From: Methanosaeta sp. PtaB.Bin039
GTDB taxonomy: Archaea; Halobacteriota; Methanosarcinia; Methanotrichales; Methanotrichaceae
DNA: 25,156 nt
Reading direction: 5' to 3'
NCBI GenBank assembly: GCA_002067795.1
Contig: MVQI01000024.1
Span: 1 to 25,156 of the forward strand
Position numbers and translations under genes: made by a program. The notes under the pieces are model-generated. The model worked only from the letters and a program-made list of their open reading frames with translations. It was not told the origin of the DNA and did not search any database. The stretch's first letter is position 1, and each line of letters opens with the position of its first letter. This document shows, one piece after another, positions 1-8,663 of the stretch.

Positions 1-942
1 AGCGGCGGCGTTGCCGATGGCTGCCACGAGAGCTGTGGGGGTGGCCAGCACAATCACACATGGGCAGAAGACTATGAGCATGGTAATCGCCCTCATGACA
101 TCGCCGCTCCACAGCCAGAGCAGCCCGCCTGAGATCAGAGCCAAAGGCATGTAGATCTTGGCGTATCTGTTGAGAAGACGCTCAATTGGTGGTTTATGAG
201 ACTGCGCCTCCTCGATCAGGCTGCGGATATGGCCAAGAGCAGTATCGCCGCCGATCTTGCTTACCCGTATCTCAAGGGCGCCAACCTCACTAAGCGTTCC
301 GGCATAAACCTGATCTCCCGGCTTCTTCTCAACTGCCAGGCTCTCTCCAGTGATGGCCGCCTGGTTGACCGAGGCAGAGCCGGAGACGACCTCACCATCG
401 ACTGCAATTCTATCGCCCGACCGTACAAGTACAAGGTCGCCGACATCGACATCCTCCAGGCATACCACCAGATCGCCGCCGTTCCTGCGCACTGTAACCT
501 TGTCAGGCAGAAGGCCAGCCAAAGACACCAGGGATTGATTGGCTCGAGCCGCAACGAACTCCTCCAAGAGGCCGCCGATGAGCAGCAAGACCGCCACGAC
601 AGCTGCTGCAGAATATTCGCCAATGGCGATAGCCGCCATTGTGGCGATGGAAACGGGGATATCCGCCGTGAAGTCGCGCTCCCTGATGCCCCGGAGAGCT
701 GACATCCAGATGAAGGATGACCCAACCAAAGCCGCGATCAGATAGAGAACGCTTCCGCCTTCATGAGTCTCGCCATGATACAGTCCTCCAGGGTCGATGA
801 CGACTGCCAGGGTCAAGATCAGGCTGCTGACCACGGTGACGATGGTTCCAGGATCCAGCAGAAACTGGCGGTAACGGCTGAGCCAGTGTATCGTATTGAA
901 TGCAGCGGCGGACAAAGAGTCCTCCCTATCGTCGATGGACAT
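1..942 (-). CDS. Heavy-metal-translocating P1B-type ATPase, partial. The N-terminal ~314 aa are in the window and the C-terminus lies beyond position 1. There is no N-terminal HMA domain.
   Basis: I translated the minus strand by hand in frame with positions 1-3. It runs from an ATG at 942-940, just after a TAG stop at 960-958, and is open to the window edge. The translation contains the actuator motif ITGES and the transmembrane metal-binding motif FCPCVIVLATPTAL (CPC). It also has several hydrophobic helices and the sequence VRSGDRIAVDGEVVSGSASVNQAAITGES, typical of CopA/ZntA-type pumps. The six-frame track misses it because the gene runs off the edge. The track ORFs 196..702, 261..725, 350..538 and 539..745 are spurious overlaps. 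Confidence 0.9.
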   Translation of the reverse strand, partial: MSIDDREDSLSAAAFNTIHWLSRYRQFLLDPGTIVTVVSSLILTLAVVIDPGGLYHGETHEGGSVLYLIAALVGSSFIWMSALRGIRERDFTADIPVSIATMAAIAIGEYSAAAVVAVLLLIGGLLEEFVAARANQSLVSLAGLLPDKVTVRRNGGDLVVCLEDVDVGDLVLVRSGDRIAVDGEVVSGSASVNQAAITGESLAVEKKPGDQVYAGTLSEVGALEIRVSKIGGDTALGHIRSLIEEAQSHKPPIERLLNRYAKIYMPLALISGGLLWLWSGDVMRAITMLIVFCPCVIVLATPTALVAAIGNAAA

Positions 943-1132
943 AGTCACATCAATCTCCTACATCTCTGTGCACGGACATCGCCTGATAGCACATGCCATA
1001 GTGTAGGTAGCAATAAATCTTATGATATCTGCATCAAGTACAAATAAAACATGTAAAATAGTACATTATCATCTATGAATGTAGAGTTCAAATTGAAAAG
1101 GTTCTATCGGATAAGATAGTCTCGAACAACGA

Positions 1133-1972
1133 TCACTTCTCCCACCACATCTTCACTCTGGTCGACCATCCAGGCAGCACCAGCGCACCATCTTCCTCAC
1201 GCATGCCCTCCCGAAGGTATTCTCGCAATATCGACTTCTGCGCCTCTGTCTTCGCATCCGCCCGGAAAGCCATGTCCTGAGTGGCCTCATCAAGCGAGGG
1301 GTATCGTTGATCGTGCTCCAGCCTAAATGTCCTGATATGCGGATATATCCCCATCTGATAAAGCACGTTGTAGAGGACGTCGCTCTTCGGGCCAGGACGG
1401 TACTCTCGTCCATGCATGCTCTGCCAGATCCTCTCCCACTGCAGGTCCCAGGACGTCGGCCCGGCGAAATGATAGAGATAGACGTACCTCGAAGAGGCGT
1501 CAGTCATCTTCTGAATTGCCGCCCTGATATCCCTCATTCCAAGAGAGAAGGACGCGATCACCACATCGTATGGCGGATCAAGATCTCGCTCAACATCCAC
1601 ATCCTCCCATCGCTTCTTGACCACGGCGATGTTATGGACGCCGAACTCGGCCATCTTCTCTCTCATCACGCTGCACATGCCGTCGGCAGGCTCGACGGCT
1701 GTGACATGCGCCGCCTTCTGAGCAAAGGGGATTGCAAGCGTTCCAGGTCCCGCTCCGATGTCGAGGACCCGCGACTCTGCCGTGATATCCGTCTCCCAGA
1801 CTGTCTGGTCGATCCTGCTGCGCTCCCTTTGGCACATATCCCAGAAGCGCAGAGCGCTGTCCTTGCTCTCCCAGATGCGGGCACAATTTCGCCCGGGAGC
1901 CGATCCCCGGCTCCTATCAGTCCGGCTCTTCCAGACCTCATTCCAGTCGATTTCGTCACAAATATCGATCAT
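1133..1972 (-). CDS. Class I SAM-dependent methyltransferase, paralog A
   Basis: The Rossmann SAM-binding motif VLDIGAGPGTLAIP (motif I) is present. The acidic-loop pattern EDVDVERD..YDVVI follows it. The protein is strongly similar along its whole length to the ORF at 3582..4412. Shared segments include IDWNEVWK/VNWDELWK, VLDIGAGPG/VLDVGAGTG, YNVLYQMGIYPHI/YNLLAEMGIYADI and SLDEA. The track ORF begins at a GTG at 1984. I prefer the ATG at 1972 (MIDICDEIDWNEVWK) because it aligns with the paralog's N-terminus. Confidence 0.8.
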   Translation of the reverse strand: MIDICDEIDWNEVWKSRTDRSRGSAPGRNCARIWESKDSALRFWDMCQRERSRIDQTVWETDITAESRVLDIGAGPGTLAIPFAQKAAHVTAVEPADGMCSVMREKMAEFGVHNIAVVKKRWEDVDVERDLDPPYDVVIASFSLGMRDIRAAIQKMTDASSRYVYLYHFAGPTSWDLQWERIWQSMHGREYRPGPKSDVLYNVLYQMGIYPHIRTFRLEHDQRYPSLDEATQDMAFRADAKTEAQKSILREYLREGMREEDGALVLPGWSTRVKMWWEK

Positions 1973-2333
1973 GTCAATACCCACAGGATTTGAAGCGGAT
2001 TTATGAGGTATCGGCAGCTGCCAAAAAAAGCCGCCTCAGGCGCCCAGCTCCTCGCAAGAATCAATCATCCGATGCGTCAGTGCCGGAGAGCCAATGCAAT
2101 GCCAGAATCATACCTCTCGACTCCGGTCTATCATTCGTCCAAACACCTCAAACAAGGGATGTAATCAATTCCTTATTTAAGAATATTGCCACAACCAGTG
2201 TTACTGGATCCGACGCTAACCATCGATTGATTCCCCCCACTCTGCATATCTCCGAAAGATTCGCTCGATGACCTGAGGCGATAATCATAGTAGGCGAAGG
2301 ACATCTTGTCGATACGTCTATTAACAAAAACTC

Positions 2334-2341
2334 TTAAATAT
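2334..2341 (+). promoter_or_regulatory. TATA-like box (TTAAATAT) in the AT-rich leader of the ABC importer operon. A GGTGA ribosome-binding site lies at 2421..2425, 7 nt before the ATG.
   Basis: The intergenic region 1985..2432 lies between divergent genes. The TTAAATAT element sits about 95 nt upstream of ATG 2433. GGTGA matches the archaeal Shine-Dalgarno core. Confidence 0.3.
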
Positions 2342-2432
2342 TTCAATACTATTAACATCTAAATCGTAATTGATCATGAATCAGTGTGATGTGACGTATT
2401 GACAACCATCTGAGACAATTGGTGAGCTATAT

Positions 2433-3572
2433 ATGCATAAATCCTGTTTGCGAAATAAAACTCTGGCGGTAATATTGGTATGCTCTTTATTTGTTATTGG
2501 CATAACGGCAACGGCATCTTATCCTAAGGTCTTTACCGATACTCAAGGCCGGTATGTAATCCTGGATAAGCCCATCGAGAGGATAATCACCCGATCCCCG
2601 GACGAGGCCAGGATAGTCATAGCCCTGGGCTGCGGAGACAAGCTTGTTGCAGGAGAGCAGGCCACGAAATCCTGCCTGTGTCCCATGACATTCGGCAACA
2701 CCGAAGAAGGATGCAAGAGGTGTTTCGATGACATTATCGACGGACGCATGGCCTCCCTGCCAGAGATAAGCACCAGGTACGACATATATTTCGAGAAGAT
2801 AGCCCAGCTCAAGCCGGACCTGATCTTCTGCGGAAATCTGAAGGACGCAGAGGCCTTTGAGGACAAGATCGGCTGCCCAGTTGTTGTGCTGGGTGGACAG
2901 GGATGGAACTTAGGGGATGAGGGGTACTTCGAGAGCATACGCGTGGCTGGCCAGGCTCTGGATGCAGAAGATGAGGCAGATGATCTGATTGACTTTGTAA
3001 AGGGCAAGATAGACCTGGTAAAGACGAAAACGGATAACATGAAGCCCGAAGACAAGCCGCGTGTCTACTTTGCCTCACGCGGCGCAGGAGCGGGCTTTTA
3101 CGATCCGAAAGAGGGAAGGGATTTCACCAGAACCGAGCCCAAATACGACCCCCTGAAGATCGCCGGAGGCATCAACGTGGCCTCTGAGATCAATGGCTCG
3201 ACAGTCAATGTCGCCCTTGAGCAGATCATTGCCTGGAATCCGGACTTCGTATTCATATCGAACAGCGCAGCTAAAAACAGCACCGCATTGAATTTCATCA
3301 AGGGCAGTCCTGAGCTCTCCTCGGTCAATGCCATCAAGAACGGAGATGTGTACAACTGCTTCTATCCACACTGCCGCGGCACGCCTCCGGACAGAAACCT
3401 CATCAATATGATGTACATGGCCAAGCTGCTGCATCCCACAGAGTTCAGAGATCTGGACCTTGAGAAGGAGGGCAATGAGATATTCAAGGCCTTCTTGGGG
3501 GTTGACGGCGTCTTTTCCGAATACGCCGACTACCTCATCTGGCCCAGAGAGTACCTGGACAGCCTGAAGTAG
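2433..3572 (+). CDS. ABC transporter periplasmic substrate-binding protein, Fe3+-siderophore/cobalamin (FecB/BtuF/TroA-like, class III) family. It has an N-terminal signal/anchor.
   Basis: The N-terminus MHKSCLRNKTLAVILVCSLFVIGITATA is hydrophobic and signal-like. The mature start YVILDKPIERIITRSPDEARIVIALGCGDKLVAG is the characteristic opening strand-helix of PF01497 binding proteins. The gene sits in an operon with a FecCD permease and an FepC/BtuD-like ATPase. It also carries a Cys-rich insert, SCLCPMTFGNTEEGCKRCF. Confidence 0.85.
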   Translation: MHKSCLRNKTLAVILVCSLFVIGITATASYPKVFTDTQGRYVILDKPIERIITRSPDEARIVIALGCGDKLVAGEQATKSCLCPMTFGNTEEGCKRCFDDIIDGRMASLPEISTRYDIYFEKIAQLKPDLIFCGNLKDAEAFEDKIGCPVVVLGGQGWNLGDEGYFESIRVAGQALDAEDEADDLIDFVKGKIDLVKTKTDNMKPEDKPRVYFASRGAGAGFYDPKEGRDFTRTEPKYDPLKIAGGINVASEINGSTVNVALEQIIAWNPDFVFISNSAAKNSTALNFIKGSPELSSVNAIKNGDVYNCFYPHCRGTPPDRNLINMMYMAKLLHPTEFRDLDLEKEGNEIFKAFLGVDGVFSEYADYLIWPREYLDSLK

Positions 3573-3581
3573 TGATTGATC

Positions 3582-4412
3582 ATGCCAGGAATCGTAAACT
3601 GGGACGAGCTTTGGAAGGCCACACATTTCAGGGGCTTTCACCACCATGATCCAGACCTGATCTCCTACTGGGACAGAAAGGCAGAGCTGTTCAATAGAAG
3701 GGTCATGAGGCACAGGGAGAGGGCTGAAATCCAGGTGGCAAGTCTTGGGCTGCGTTCCTACGAGACCGTCCTTGATGTGGGTGCTGGAACCGGAAGGCTG
3801 GCGATCCCCATGTCCAAAGTGGCCAGTAGCGTTACAGCTCTCGACCAATCAGGAGGCATGCTGGCCTGCCTTAAGGAAAATATGCGCGCTGATGGGATAG
3901 AAAATATCCGGTGCATCCAGAAGAGCTGGCAGGATTTGGCGGTAGACGAGATAGAGCAGCATGACGTCGTCATATCCTCAAACTCCCTGGGTGTCTATGA
4001 ATTGAGAGAGGCGCTGGCCAAGATGGATTCGCTGGCCAAGAGCAGGGCTTACATATTCATCTTCACCGATCATAAGAGGGACGACGGTTTTTCGGATTTC
4101 TTAAGGAGAGATGTGGCGGTTAAGAATGCGCCCGGACCTGCGGATTATCTGGTGATCTACAATCTGCTCGCCGAGATGGGCATATACGCCGACATAGAGA
4201 TGGTTGACTGGCTGTACAAAGAGCGTTACTCCAGCCTCGACGAGGCAGCGTCCGAATGGATGCAGATGCATGACATCGCAGCCGATAAGGAGCCTGATCT
4301 GCGGGAATTCCTCTCTTTAAGGCTGGTGGGGGACGAGTCCGGAGTGTGCATGGTCCGCCACTACAAATCGGCCACGATCTCCTGGCGGAAAGGCAAGCTG
4401 GTTCGTGACTAG
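3582..4412 (+). CDS. Class I SAM-dependent methyltransferase, paralog B, embedded in the ABC importer operon
   Basis: It carries VLDVGAGTGRLAIP (motif I) and the acidic loop DEIEQHDVVIS. It is paralogous to the ORF at 1133..1972. The track ORF starts at a TTG at 3576 (MIM...). The ATG at 3582 lies 10 nt after the binding-protein stop and is the more likely start. Confidence 0.8.
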   Translation: MPGIVNWDELWKATHFRGFHHHDPDLISYWDRKAELFNRRVMRHRERAEIQVASLGLRSYETVLDVGAGTGRLAIPMSKVASSVTALDQSGGMLACLKENMRADGIENIRCIQKSWQDLAVDEIEQHDVVISSNSLGVYELREALAKMDSLAKSRAYIFIFTDHKRDDGFSDFLRRDVAVKNAPGPADYLVIYNLLAEMGIYADIEMVDWLYKERYSSLDEAASEWMQMHDIAADKEPDLREFLSLRLVGDESGVCMVRHYKSATISWRKGKLVRD

Positions 4413-4422
4413 GTGGGCGTGA

Positions 4423-5202
4423 ATGGTCTCCATAACCATTTTGGCCGGATCTGTCCTTTTGCTGGGTCTTTTGGCAGCATCGATAAGGGTGGTGAGGCAG
4501 TATGAACGGGCGGTCGTATTTCGTTTGGGAAAGCTGAAAGCCGAGAGAGGTCCTGGCCTCTTCCCACTCGTTCCGCTGGCGGATAATATGGTGCGGGTCG
4601 ACATGAGGGTGAGAGAGCTCGACGTCCCCAAGCAGACCGTGATCTCCAGAGACAATGTCACTCTTGAGGTGGACGCGGTCATATACTACAAGGTGACGAG
4701 CGCCTCGAAAGCCATTGTAGAGGTAGAGGACTTTGAGGCGGCCACGCTTCTGCTGGCCCAGACCACACTTCGTGATATCCTTGGACAAAACGAGCTGGAT
4801 ACTATACTATCAGACCGAGACGACCTCAACCAGAGGATCAAGGAGATATTGGATTTCACAACGGAGCCCTGGGGAATGCATGTGGTGATGGTGACAATGA
4901 GAGACGTCTCACTGCCCGAGAATATGCTGCGTGCCATCGCCCGCCAGGCGGAAGCAGAGCGCGAGAAAAGGGCACGCATAATACTGGCAGAAGGAGAGCT
5001 TCAGGCATCCAGGATGATGAACGAGGCTGCTGATATGTACGAGAACAAGCCCAGTGCTTTGAAGCTGCGTGAGTTTCAGACCTTAAATGAGATCGCCAAG
5101 GAGAAGAACCTCATCGTGGTATCGACTGGAGAGAGAGACGGCCATTGGGCATCAGACCTCCCATGTCTCATGGGTCTGGCCAGGGCGGCTGCTGATAAAT
5201 GA
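4423..5202 (+). CDS. SPFH/band-7 (stomatin/prohibitin-like) membrane protein
   Basis: An N-terminal transmembrane anchor (ITILAGSVLLLGLLAASIRVV) is followed by a typical SPFH core: YERAVVFRLGKL...VPKQTVISRDNVTLEVDAVIYYKV...ATLLLAQTTLRDILG. A C-terminal coiled-coil Ala/Glu-rich stretch (RAIARQAEAEREKRARIILAEGE) follows. The gene lies 10 nt after the upstream gene. Its stop overlaps the permease start (ATGATG). Confidence 0.85.
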   Translation: MVSITILAGSVLLLGLLAASIRVVRQYERAVVFRLGKLKAERGPGLFPLVPLADNMVRVDMRVRELDVPKQTVISRDNVTLEVDAVIYYKVTSASKAIVEVEDFEAATLLLAQTTLRDILGQNELDTILSDRDDLNQRIKEILDFTTEPWGMHVVMVTMRDVSLPENMLRAIARQAEAEREKRARIILAEGELQASRMMNEAADMYENKPSALKLREFQTLNEIAKEKNLIVVSTGERDGHWASDLPCLMGLARAAADK

Positions 5203-6329
5203 TGAGCGGAAAGGCGCTATTCTTCCGGGCCAAGACACGTGCAGAAATGTCCCAATCCAGGAGAGCTGGCAAGAGAAGCGCTATGCAGACGGCTCACGAT
5301 AGATTCAAGCTCGTCAGGATCTTCTTCGTGCTGGGCATCGCCGCCCTGCTGGTCTTTTTAACAGGCTTAATCATAACGCTTGGACCACTGGAGATTTCCG
5401 TGGCCGATGCCTATTCTGCTCTTCTGGCCCGCTTTTTGCCAGATCACTTCCAGTCGGAGGCGCTTACATCACGAGTCGTCTGGAATATCCGGTTTCCCCG
5501 CATACTGGGCGGGATGATGGCTGGATTTGGACTTGGGATATGCGGATGCGTCATGCAGGCAGTCCTCAAAAATCCGCTGGCCAGCCCCTTTACGCTGGGA
5601 ATCACCGCCGGCGCCCAGTTTGGCATATCAATGGCAGCCGTCATTGGATTTTCGGTTCTTGGCGGGCCTTATTTCATAATCGGCAATGCCTTCCTCTGCG
5701 CCCTGCTCTGCTCATTCTTCATCATAGGCCTGGCTGCCATCAAGGGCGCAACCTCTGAGAACCTGGTCTTAGCAGGCATAGCTGTCAACTACTTCTTCTC
5801 AGCCATCAGCCAGCTTCTCAAGTATTTCGCCAGCGATGAGCAGCTTCGACTCATGACCAACTGGGGAATGGGCGACCTGGCCGCCTTCTCCTGGGCGAAC
5901 TCCCAGCTGCTCCTTGCGGTATTCGTCATATGCGTTCCGCTGCTCATGTCCAAATGCTGGGACCTGAACATCATGACCGCCGGCGACGATACCGCCAAGA
6001 GCATCGGGGTAAATGCAGAGAATACCCGACTGTTCATCATGGCAACAAGCAGCCTGCTTGTGGCAGTTATCGTCTGCTTCATGGGAATTATCGCCTTCGT
6101 TGGCCTTGTGGCTCCTCATATGGCACGCATGGTGATCGGCGGAGATCACAGGTTTCTGATACCGGCATCCGGAGTGCTGGGCGCACTTGTCCTCATGTCG
6201 GCTGATGCCGTGGGAATGAATCTGATGGCACCTACCATCATCCCCACAGGGATCATGACATCCATTGTGGGCGTCCCATTCTTCATGTACCTCATGATGA
6301 AGGGAAAGAGAAAGGAGTTCTGGACATGA
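5199..6329 (+). CDS. ABC transporter permease, FecCD/BtuC family (iron-siderophore/cobalamin type)
   Basis: The protein is polytopic and about 370 aa with about 10 hydrophobic helices. It has the typical FecCD N-terminal region and a Gly-rich helix (GGMMAGFGLGICGCVMQ). Its ATGA overlaps with both the upstream and downstream genes. The true start could instead be ATG 5202 or 5283. Confidence 0.85.
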   Translation: MMSGKALFFRAKTRAEMSQSRRAGKRSAMQTAHDRFKLVRIFFVLGIAALLVFLTGLIITLGPLEISVADAYSALLARFLPDHFQSEALTSRVVWNIRFPRILGGMMAGFGLGICGCVMQAVLKNPLASPFTLGITAGAQFGISMAAVIGFSVLGGPYFIIGNAFLCALLCSFFIIGLAAIKGATSENLVLAGIAVNYFFSAISQLLKYFASDEQLRLMTNWGMGDLAAFSWANSQLLLAVFVICVPLLMSKCWDLNIMTAGDDTAKSIGVNAENTRLFIMATSSLLVAVIVCFMGIIAFVGLVAPHMARMVIGGDHRFLIPASGVLGALVLMSADAVGMNLMAPTIIPTGIMTSIVGVPFFMYLMMKGKRKEFWT

Positions 6330-7114
6330 TGATCAAGCTGCAGGCCAAAGAGATAGTCTTCGGCTACGACAGCAATCCCGTTCTGGACAGCGTGAGCTTC
6401 GAGATAGCCCCCTCAAAGCTTGTGACAATCGTCGGGCCCAATGGTTCTGGCAAATCGACCCTGATCAAGTGCATAAACAAAATAGTGTCTCCGCAGGGAG
6501 GAAGCATCCTGATCGACCGAAGAGAGGTAGCGAAGATGACCAGGATGGAGGTAGCCAGATATCTCTCCTATGTCCCGCAAAGCTCGGTGCGCATCTTTCC
6601 CACCAATGTCTTCGACACGATCCTGATGGGCAGAAGGCCCCATATCGGTTGGCTGGGCAGCGAGCGGGATGAAGAGAAGGTCTGGGATGTCTTGCAGCTA
6701 TTGAATATCGAGAGGCTTGCCATGAACAACTTCAGCGAGCTTTCAGGCGGCCAGCAGCAGAAGGTGCTCATTGCCAGAGCGCTTGTTCAGGAAGCGGAGG
6801 TGATGCTTCTTGACGAGCCCACCAGCAACCTGGATATCTGGCACCAGCTGGACGTCATGAACATAATTCGGGACGTCGTCAAGAAGAAGGAGATCACTGC
6901 AATTATGGCCTTGCACGACCTCAACCTGGCGTCATACTACTCGGATCGCATCATAATGATGAAGAGGGGAAAGATCGTGGCAGTCGGCGATCCGCACTCA
7001 GTGATCACAGAGGAGAACATAGCTTCCGTATATCGGGTGCAAGCGGCAGTGCGAAAGCTATCCGATAGGCCGATGATCATGCCACTTCGGCAGATACGTG
7101 GATCCAAGGCCTAA
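6326..7114 (+). CDS. ABC transporter ATP-binding protein (FepC/BtuD-like)
   Basis: It has Walker A GPNGSGKST, Q-loop VPQ, signature LSGGQQQKV, Walker B MLLDEPTSNLD and H-loop ALHD. The ATGA overlaps the permease stop. Confidence 0.9.
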   Translation: MMIKLQAKEIVFGYDSNPVLDSVSFEIAPSKLVTIVGPNGSGKSTLIKCINKIVSPQGGSILIDRREVAKMTRMEVARYLSYVPQSSVRIFPTNVFDTILMGRRPHIGWLGSERDEEKVWDVLQLLNIERLAMNNFSELSGGQQQKVLIARALVQEAEVMLLDEPTSNLDIWHQLDVMNIIRDVVKKKEITAIMALHDLNLASYYSDRIIMMKRGKIVAVGDPHSVITEENIASVYRVQAAVRKLSDRPMIMPLRQIRGSKA

Positions 7115-7151
7115 AGATCAATCGCAAGCTACTAGCCCGCGGCCGTCCAGC

Positions 7152-7158
7152 AAAAAAA
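7152..7158 (-). terminator. Oligo-T tract (TTTTTTT on the minus strand) downstream of the FmdE-like gene. A T5 tract on the plus strand at 7196..7200 lies downstream of the ABC operon. Both are in the convergent intergenic region.
   Basis: Archaeal intrinsic termination occurs at oligo-T runs. Both runs lie in the 90-nt gap between convergent genes. Confidence 0.35.
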
Positions 7159-7205
7159 GTTGCCAGGAAGCACCAATCTGGCACTGTCCCACTGACCCAA
7201 TTTTT

Positions 7206-8321
7206 CTACATCACGCCTGCTACCTTGAGCGGATGTACGCCTGCGCTCTGGAGCAAAGCCAGCCTCTCTGAGTCCACTTCGAACTCCTTTATGACCGAAA
7301 CAACGAGCTGTGGCTGGTTCCAGTACTCCATGAGCCGCACATCCTCGACCAGCTTGGCAGCCCACGACGGCCCCTTGAAATCGGCTGATCCGTCCAGCTC
7401 CCTGGCCCTTGTCCAGTTGAACCCAAGGACCAACGCATCACCCTGCTTGGCAGTCTGGTTCCAGCGAATGTAGATGCCTGCCACATCGCTCTGGTTGTAC
7501 CTGGCTCTCAGAGCGCTCTTCTCCGCGTCGGAGAGGGCCATAACGAACATGCTGCTCTTGCCTGGTGTTGCATCCCATCGCATCTGCAATAAGTCGTCCT
7601 TGCACCACTGGGGACAGGCGATCACTCTATAGCTCTGTGCAGAGATATCCTCGATGGGCAGCTTGCCTTCCACGAACTTGGCGAGCATATAGCCGCTTGT
7701 CACTCCTGGGCAGAGATGATCGTGAAACGCAGTGGCCTGCAGGAAGTCAAACGAGGACCCAGGCTGCGCCCAGACATTGGACATGCCCACAAGGGTGAAC
7801 TCGTTTCCACCAAAGGCTCCCTGGAAGGTGGCGTTGCCCTCATCGGTGTGGTTCAGCATGTAGTCCAGGTCCACGTTAGCCCTCGTGATCCTGGTGAATG
7901 CCTGGTCGGCAGGAAGAGAGGCGAGCTTTTGCGCAGACATGCCCACAGCCCGGTTGTCTGCCTGAAGGAAGATCGCCTCCCCCGTCTCCTTATCGAAGAA
8001 GTAGAACCACAGCGGCTTCCAGTATGGCCGCAGCACCTGAAGCAGGTTGCCGTCGCCGACGCTGCACCCGCTGGCCTCTGTCAGGCCTTTTAAGGCAGCC
8101 TGGGTGGTCTGGCCCTCCACGATGGCATGACCGGCATTTGTGAGTGCCAGTATGTCTTTGTCACCGCTCTGAAATCCCAGTTGAGCCATGGCCTCCTTTG
8201 CAGCCTTTGATCCAATTTCCTCCATAGCAGAGCCCTGCGCATGGACTGCGCATGGCATCGTGGCCAGCAGCAGCGCCAAAGCCACCAACCCAATCGCTTT
8301 AAACATCTTGATACCTCTCAT
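7206..8321 (-). CDS. Secreted FmdE/FwdE-domain protein (formylmethanofuran dehydrogenase subunit E-like; putative Zn/metal-binding)
   Basis: It has a signal peptide with an AXA site (MRGIKMFKAIGLVALALLLATMPCAVHA|QG). The motif AFHDHLCPGVTSGYMLAKF matches the FmdE-family H-x-H-x-CPG zinc-binding signature. A second Cys pair is present (ACPQWC). The track starts at a TTG at 8330. ATGs at 8321 and 8306 both give plausible signal peptides. Confidence 0.6.
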   Translation of the reverse strand: MRGIKMFKAIGLVALALLLATMPCAVHAQGSAMEEIGSKAAKEAMAQLGFQSGDKDILALTNAGHAIVEGQTTQAALKGLTEASGCSVGDGNLLQVLRPYWKPLWFYFFDKETGEAIFLQADNRAVGMSAQKLASLPADQAFTRITRANVDLDYMLNHTDEGNATFQGAFGGNEFTLVGMSNVWAQPGSSFDFLQATAFHDHLCPGVTSGYMLAKFVEGKLPIEDISAQSYRVIACPQWCKDDLLQMRWDATPGKSSMFVMALSDAEKSALRARYNQSDVAGIYIRWNQTAKQGDALVLGFNWTRARELDGSADFKGPSWAAKLVEDVRLMEYWNQPQLVVSVIKEFEVDSERLALLQSAGVHPLKVAGVM

Positions 8322-8663
8322 ACAAGCCAAAATCTCTTCGTCTATGACAGATGGCTTAACCGACCTCGTGATATCGGTTCAGTGCCAATATCCGGGCCTT
8401 GGCCAATACGATAATTGAAGCTGCGCCCAACATTTATGAATGTTTCTATATTTAGTAGCACAAAGAATTAATATACGAGAATTGTCTGTGACTGGAGCAG
8501 ATGAAACAGCTGCCAAGATCACATCTGAAATAAGAAATAGCATAGCTGCAATTCGATTCAGATATGTGTCTTCGTTTTCGCCGGGCTGCAAAATCGCCTG
8601 GCGAAAAAAAAGAGACAGAAGATCCCTGCTGTTGACTGGGGAAATGGGAGATGCAAGAGATCG

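Noticed and set aside
196-745. Track ORFs 196..702(+), 261..725(-), 350..538(+), 539..745(+) and 763..1047(+)
   Set aside because: All overlap the hand-translated P1B-ATPase reading frame, which is on the minus strand in frame with position 1. They have low-complexity, Arg/Ser-rich, non-protein-like translations. They are artefacts of GC-rich DNA.
3075-3848. 257-aa minus-strand ORF spanning the binding-protein/methyltransferase junction. Similar long antisense ORFs exist at 4120..4788, 9393..9932, 17103..17630, 20581..21102, 12117..12812 and 13330..13824.
   Set aside because: Each is antisense to, or out of frame with, a gene carrying strong family motifs. None has a recognizable motif of its own. 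All have composition typical of a GC-rich reverse frame.
8440-8470. Short inverted repeat ACATT-tatg-AATGT in the divergent promoter between the FmdE gene and the MFS transporter, and ATGTA-aaatag-TACAT at about 1048..1063 upstream of the P1B-ATPase
   Set aside because: Each has only 5-bp arms in AT-rich DNA. This is expected by chance. It is noted only as a possible regulator site and has no further support.
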